Below, piece after piece: positions 57,501-64,000 of a stretch of DNA of 64,000 bases. Each line of letters starts with the position of its first letter. The first letter of the stretch is position 1. The notes beneath the pieces were generated by a model. It did not search any database. It was not told the origin of the DNA and was given only the letters and a program-made list of their open reading frames with translations. Position numbers and translations under genes: made by a program. Origin of the DNA: Auanema rhodensis (taxonomy: Eukaryota > Animalia > Nematoda); the NCBI GenBank assembly GCA_964057225.1, contig OZ059897.1:806001-870000 (forward strand). Direction: 5' to 3'.

Positions 57501-58800
57501 ATTTTTTGGCAAAATTTTTGTCAAAATGTTTTTGAAAGCAATGTTGAGTGTACATGGAAACTCAACATACACTAATGCAACATTTTTCAAACGATCATAA
57601 CTAATTTTTGTATTGAGCGTTTCTTAATGTATTATAGTACATTCGATGCGGATTTTTAAGCTGCGTCGATCTGTGTTATCAGATTTGAGTTAGCTTAAAA
57701 ATGCACCGAGATATCAACTGATATAAGTTCACACTTATATCCTCGATTTTCACCCTGAAGAATTAATTTTTTCGTTGAATAACATTGTCCATCGTCTTCG
57801 CCTTGAAAAAAGGAATCTAAAAACATCTACTTTTGGTAAAATTATTTTGAAATTTTTCAGGAAAATTTTTGTCAAAATGTTTTTGGAATCAATGTTGAGT
57901 GTACATGGAAACTCAACATACACTAATGCATAATTTTTTAAACGATCATAACTAATTTTTGTATTGAGCGTTTCTTAATGTATTATAGTACATTCGATGC
58001 GGATTTTTAAGCTGCGTCGATCTGTGTTATCAGATTTGAGTTAGCTTAAAAATGCACCGAGATATCAACTGATATAAGTTCACACTTATATCCTCGATTT
58101 TCACCCTGAAGAATTAATTTTTTCGTTGAATAACATTGTCCATCGTCTTCGCCTTGAAAAAAGGAATCTAAAAACATCTACTTTTTGTGAAATTATTTTG
58201 AAATTTTTTGGCAAAATTTTTGTCATAATGTTTTTGAAAGCAATGTTGAGTGTACATGGAAACTCAACATACACTAATGCAACATTTTTCAAACGATCAT
58301 AACTAATTTTTGTATTGAGCGTTTCTGAATGTATTATAGTGCATTCGATGCGGATTTTTAAGCTGCTTCGATCTGTGTTATCAGATTTGCGCTAGCTTAA
58401 AAATGCACCGAGATATCAACTGATATAAGTTCACACTTATATCCTCGATTTTCACCCTGAAGAATTAATTTTTTCGTTGATTAACATTGTCCATCGTCTT
58501 TGCCTTGAAAAAAGGAATCTAAAAACATCTACTTTTTGTGAAATTATTTTGAAATTTTTTGGCAAAATTTTTGTCAAAATGTTTTTGAAAGCAATGTTGA
58601 GTGTACATGGAAACTCAACATACACTAATGCAACATTTTTCAAACGATCATAACTAATTTTTGTATTGAGCGTTTTTTAATGTATCATAGTGCATTCGAT
58701 GCGGATTTTTAAGCTGCGTCGATCTGTGTTATCAGATTTGCGCTAGCTTAAAAATGCACCGAGATATCAACTGATATAAGTTCACACTTATATCCTCGAT
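54591..58800. repeat. Trimeric higher-order repeat (1053 bp), four copies
   Basis: The marker GTCATAATG is in monomers 54942, 55995, 57048 and 58101, each preceded by a TAGTACATT-bearing monomer. Confidence 0.9.
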
Positions 58801-60557
58801 TTTCACCCTGAAGAATTAATTTTTTCGTTGAATAACATTGTCCATCGTCTTCGCCTTGAAAAAAGAACTCTAAAAACATCTACTTTTGGTAAAATTATTT
58901 TGAAATTTTTCAGGAAAATTTTTGTCAAAATGTTTTTGGAATCAATGTTGAGTGTACATGGAAACTCAACATACACTAATGCATAATTATTTAAACGATC
59001 ATAACTAATTTTTGTATTGAGCGTTTCTTAATGTATTATAGTGCATTCGATGCGGATTTTTAAGCTGCGTCGATCTGTGTTATCAGATTTGAGTTAGCTT
59101 AAAAATGCACCGAGATATCAACTGATATAAGTTCACACTTATATCCTCGATTTTCACCCTGAAGAATTAATTTTTTCGTTGAATAACATTGTCCATCGTC
59201 TTCGCCTTGAAAAAAGAAATCTAAAAACACCTACTTTTGGTAAAATTATTTTGAAATTTTTCAGGAAAATTTTTGTCAAAATGTTTTTGGAAGCAATGTT
59301 GAGTGTACATGGAAACTCAACATACACTAATGCATAATTTTTTAAACAATCATAACTAATTTTTGTATTGAGCGTTTCTTAATGTATTATAGTGCATTCG
59401 ATGCGGATTTTTAAGCTGCTTCGATCTGTGTTATCAGATTTGCGCTAGCTTAAAAATGAACCGAGATATGAACTGATATAAGTTCACACTTATATCCTCG
59501 ATTTTCACCCTGAAGAATTAATTTTTTCGTTGAATAACATTGTCCATCGTCTTCGCCTTGAAAAAAGAAATCTAAAAACATCTACTTTTAGTAAAATTAT
59601 CTTGAAATTTTTCAGGAAAATTTTTGTCAAAATGTTTTTGGAACCAATGTTGAGTGTACATGGAAACTCAACATACACTAATGCATAATTTTTTAAACAA
59701 TCATAACTAATTTTTGTATTGAGCGTTTCTTAATGTATCATAGTGCATTCGATGCGGATTTTTAAGCTGCGTCGATCTGTGTTATCAGATTTGCGCTAGC
59801 TTAAAAATGCACCGAGATATCAACTGATATAAGTTCACACTTATATCCTCGATTTTCACCCTGAAGAATTAATTTTTTCGTTGAATAACATTGTCCATCG
59901 TCTTCGCCTTAAAAAAAGAAATCTAAAAACATCTACTTTTGGTAAAATTATTTTGAAATTTTTCAGGAAAATTTTTGTCAAAATGTTTTTGGAATCAATG
60001 TTGAGTGTACATGGAAACTCAACATACACTAATGCATAATTATTTAAACGATCATAACTAATTTTTGTATTGAGCGTTTCTTAATGTATTATAGTGCATT
60101 CGATGCGGATTTTTAAGCTGCGTCGATCTGTGTTATCAGATTTGAGTTAGCTTAAAAATGCACCGAGATATCAACTGATATAAGTTCACACTTATATCCT
60201 CGATTTTCACCCTGAAGAATTAATTTTTTCGTTGAATAACATTGTCCATCGTCTTCGCCTTGAAAAAAGAAATCTAAAAACATCTACTTTTGGTAAAATT
60301 ATTTTGAAATTTTTCAGGAAAATTTTTGTCAAAATGTTTTTGGAAGCAATGTTGAGTGTACATGGAAACTCAACATACACTAATGCATAATTTTTTAAAC
60401 AATCATAACTAATTTTTGTATTGAGCGTTTCTTAATGTATCATAGTGCATTCGATGCGGATTTTTAAGCTGCGTCGATCTGTGTTATCAGATTTGAGTTA
60501 GCTTAAAAATGCACCGAGATATCAACTGATATAAGTTCACACTTATATCCTCGATTT

Positions 60558-63500
60558 TCACCCTGAAGAATTAATTTTTTCGTTGAATAACATTGTCCAT
60601 CGTCTTCGCCTTGAAAAAAGAAATCTAAAAACATCTACTTTTGGTAAAATTATTTTGAAATTTTTCAGGAAAATTTTTGTCAAAATGTTTTTGGAATCAA
60701 TGTTGAGTGTACATGGAAACTCAACATACACTAATGCATAATTTTTTAAACGATCATAACTAATTTTTGTATTGAGCGTTTCTTAATGTATTATAGTACA
60801 TTCGATGCGGATTTTTAAGCTGCGTCGATCTGTGTTATCAGATTTGAGTTAGCTTAAAAATGCACCGAGATATCAACTGATATAAGTTCACACTTATATC
60901 CTCGATTTTCACCCTGAAGAATTAATTTTTTCGTTGAATTACATTGTCCATCGTCTTCGCCTTGAAAAAAGGAATCTAAAAACATCTACTTTTTGTGAAA
61001 TTATTTTGAAATTTTTTGGCAAAATTTTTGTCATAATGTTTTTGAAAGCAATGTTGAGTGTACATGGAAACTCAACATACACTAATGCAACATTTTTCAA
61101 ACGATCATAACTAATTTTTGTATTGAGCGTTTCTGAATGTATTATAGTGCATTCGATGCGGATTTTTAAGCTGCTTCGATCTGTGTTATCAGATTTGCGC
61201 TAGCTTAAAAATGCACCGAGATATCAACTGATATAAGTTCACACTTATATCCTCGATTTTCACCCTGAAGAATTAATTTTTTCGTTGATTAACATTGTCC
61301 ATCGTCTTTGCCTTGAAAAAAGGAATCTAAAAACATCTACTTTTTGTGAAATTATTTTGAAATTTTTTGGCAAAATTTTTGTCAAAATGTTTTTGAAAGC
61401 AATGTTGAGTGTACATGGAAACTCAACATACACTAATGCAACATTTTTCAAACGATCATAACTAATTTTTGTATTGAGCGTTTCTTAATGTATTATAGTG
61501 CATTCGATGCGGATTTTTAAGCTGCTTCGATCTGTGTTATCAGATTTGCGCTAGCTTAAAAATGAACCGAGATATCAACTGATATAAGTTCACACTTATA
61601 TCCTCGATTTTCACCCTGAAGAATTAATTTTTTCGTTGAATAACATTGTCCATCGTCTTCGCCTTGAAAAAAGAAATCTAAAAACATCTACTTTTGGTAA
61701 AATTATTTTGAAATTTTTCAGGAAAATTTTTGTCAAAATGTTTTTGGAATCAATGTTGAGTGTACATGGAAACTCAACATACACTAATGCATAATTTTTT
61801 AAACGATCATAACTAATTTTTGTATTGAGCGTTTCTTAATGTATTATAGTACATTCGATGCGGATTTTTAAGCTGCGTCGATCTGTGTTATCAGATTTGA
61901 GTTAGCTTAAAAATGCACCGAGATATCAACTGATATAAGTTCACACTTATATCCTCGATTTTCACCCTGAAGAATTAATTTTTTCGTTGAATAACATTGT
62001 CCATCGTCTTCGCCTTGAAAAAAGGAATCTAAAAACATCTACTTTTTGTGAAATTATTTTGAAATTTTTTGGCAAAATTTTTGTCATAATGTTTTTGAAA
62101 GCAATGTTGAGTGTACATGGAAACTCAACATACACTAATGCAACATTTTTCAAACGATCATAACTAATTTTTGTATTGAGCGTTTCTGAATGTATTATAG
62201 TGCATTCGATGCGGATTTTTAAGCTGCTTCGATCTGTGTTATCAGATTTGCGCTAGCTTAAAAATGCACCGAGATATCAACTGATATAAGTTCACACTTA
62301 TATCCTCGATTTTCACCCTGAAGAATTAATTTTTTCGTTGATTAACATTGTCCATCGTCTTTGCCTTGAAAAAAGGAATCTAAAAACATCTACTTTTTGT
62401 GAAATTATTTTGAAATTTTTTGGCAAAATTTTTGTCAAAATGTTTTTGAAAGCAATGTTGAGTGTACATGGAAACTCAACATACACTAATGCAACATTTT
62501 TCAAACGATCATAACTAATTTTTGTATTGAGCGTTTCTTAATGTATTATAGTACATTCGATGCGGATTTTTAAGCTGCGTCGATCTGTGTTATCAGATTT
62601 GAGTTAGCTTAAAAATGCACCGAGATATCAACTGATATAAGTTCACACTTATATCCTCGATTTTCACCCTGAAGAATTAATTTTTTCGTTGAATAACATT
62701 GTCCATCGTCTTCGCCTTGAAAAAAGGAATCTAAAAACATCTACTTTTGGTAAAATTATTTTGAAATTTTTCAGGAAAATTTTTGTCAAAATGTTTTTGG
62801 AATCAATGTTGAGTGTACATGGAAACTCAACATACACTAATGCATAATTTTTTAAACGATCATAACTAATTTTTGTATTGAGCGTTTCTTAATGTATTAT
62901 AGTACATTCGATGCGGATTTTTAAGCTGCGTCGATCTGTGTTATCAGATTTGAGTTAGCTTAAAAATGCACCGAGATATCAACTGATATAAGTTCACACT
63001 TATATCCTCGATTTTCACCCTGAAGAATTAATTTTTTCGTTGAATAACATTGTCCATCGTCTTCGCCTTGAAAAAAGGAATCTAAAAACATCTACTTTTT
63101 GTGAAATTATTTTGAAATTTTTTGGCAAAATTTTTGTCATAATGTTTTTGAAAGCAATGTTGAGTGTACATGGAAACTCAACATACACTAATGCAACATT
63201 TTTCAAACGATCATAACTAATTTTTGTATTGAGCGTTTCTGAATGTATTATAGTGCATTCGATGCGGATTTTTAAGCTGCTTCGATCTGTGTTATCAGAT
63301 TTGCGCTAGCTTAAAAATGCACCGAGATATCAACTGATATAAGTTCACACTTATATCCTCGATTTTCACCCTGAAGAATTAATTTTTTCGTTGATTAACA
63401 TTGTCCATCGTCTTTGCCTTGAAAAAAGGAATCTAAAAACATCTACTTTTTGTGAAATTATTTTGAAATTTTTTGGCAAAATTTTTGTCAAAATGTTTTT

Positions 63501-64000
63501 GAAAGCAATGTTGAGTGTACATGGAAACTCAACATACACTAATGCAACATTTTTCAAACGATCATAACTAATTTTTGTATTGAGCGTTTCTTAATGTATT
63601 ATAGTACATTCGATGCGGATTTTTAAGCTGCGTCGATCTGTGTTATCAGATTTGAGTTAGCTTAAAAATGCACCGAGATATCAACTGATATAAGTTCACA
63701 CTTATATCCTCGATTTTCACCCTGAAGAATTAATTTTTTCGTTGAATAACATTGTCCATCGTCTTCGCCTTGAAAAAAGGAATCTAAAAACATCTACTTT
63801 TGGTAAAATTATTTTGAAATTTTTCAGGAAAATTTTTGTCAAAATGTTTTTGGAATCAATGTTGAGTGTACATGGAAACTCAACATACACTAATGCATAA
63901 TTTTTTAAACGATCATAACTAATTTTTGTATTGAGCGTTTCTTAATGTATTATAGTACATTCGATGCGGATTTTTAAGCTGCGTCGATCTGTGTTATCAG
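60558..64000. repeat. Second run of the same trimeric higher-order repeat, reaching the window end
   Basis: GTCATAATG is in monomers 60909, 61962 and 63015. The offset from the first run is 5967 bp (17x351). Confidence 0.88.

Larger units (their letters stand above)
1..64000. repeat. Tandem satellite DNA array, 351-bp monomer, about 183 head-to-tail copies, continuing past both window ends
   Basis: The landmark TTTTCACCCTGAAGAA recurs every 351 bp (TCACCC at 514, 865, 1216 ... 63366). ORF-track spacings are multiples of 351 except where 316- or 350-bp variants occur. (64000+9x35+13)/351 is about 183. Monomer 58101-58451 has 110 G+C in 351 bp. All copies are in the same orientation. Confidence 0.99.

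Noticed and set aside
148-63557. About 100 short ORFs (62-80 aa) on both strands as a tandem gene family
   Set aside because: The 63-aa minus-strand ORFs start at TTG, are absent or broken in a large share of monomers, change length with 1-bp indels, and are K/F/I/N-rich simply from A/T tracts. There is no recognisable domain and no sign of codon-level constraint.
1-64000. CRISPR array or integron-like cassette array (palindromic repeats at regular spacing)
   Set aside because: There are no unique spacers or cassettes. The entire 351-bp unit is repeated, and no cas or integrase gene is present.
1-64000. Tandem 5S rRNA, tRNA, snRNA or spliced-leader gene cluster
   Set aside because: I found no recognisable 5S sequence, cloverleaf, or convincing A/B boxes. 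AATTTTTG resembles an Sm site but is expected by chance in this T-tract-rich sequence, and no known leader sequence is evident.

Overview
The whole 64 kb window is one uninterrupted, head-to-tail array of an AT-rich satellite DNA with a 351-bp monomer (about 183 copies, one orientation, no visible insertion). A hand count of the monomer at 58101 gives about 31% GC. I find no genes, RNA genes, CRISPR array or other protein-coding system; all listed ORFs are by-products of the repeat. The informative structure lies in the array itself. (i) Each monomer carries three inverted repeats and a stretch of regularly spaced A/T tracts. (ii) Nine 316-bp monomers share a 35-bp deletion and thirteen 350-bp monomers carry a 1-bp deletion. 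(iii) Local higher-order repeats change period along the array (2, 3, 4, 5, 7, 8, 12, 13, 16 and 17 monomers), and some are nested. (iv) A more divergent subfamily at the left end grades into more homogeneous layers to the right. This fits a eukaryotic (peri)centromeric or heterochromatic satellite. The lack of CpG depletion suggests a host with little CpG methylation. Species and satellite family cannot be identified from the sequence alone.
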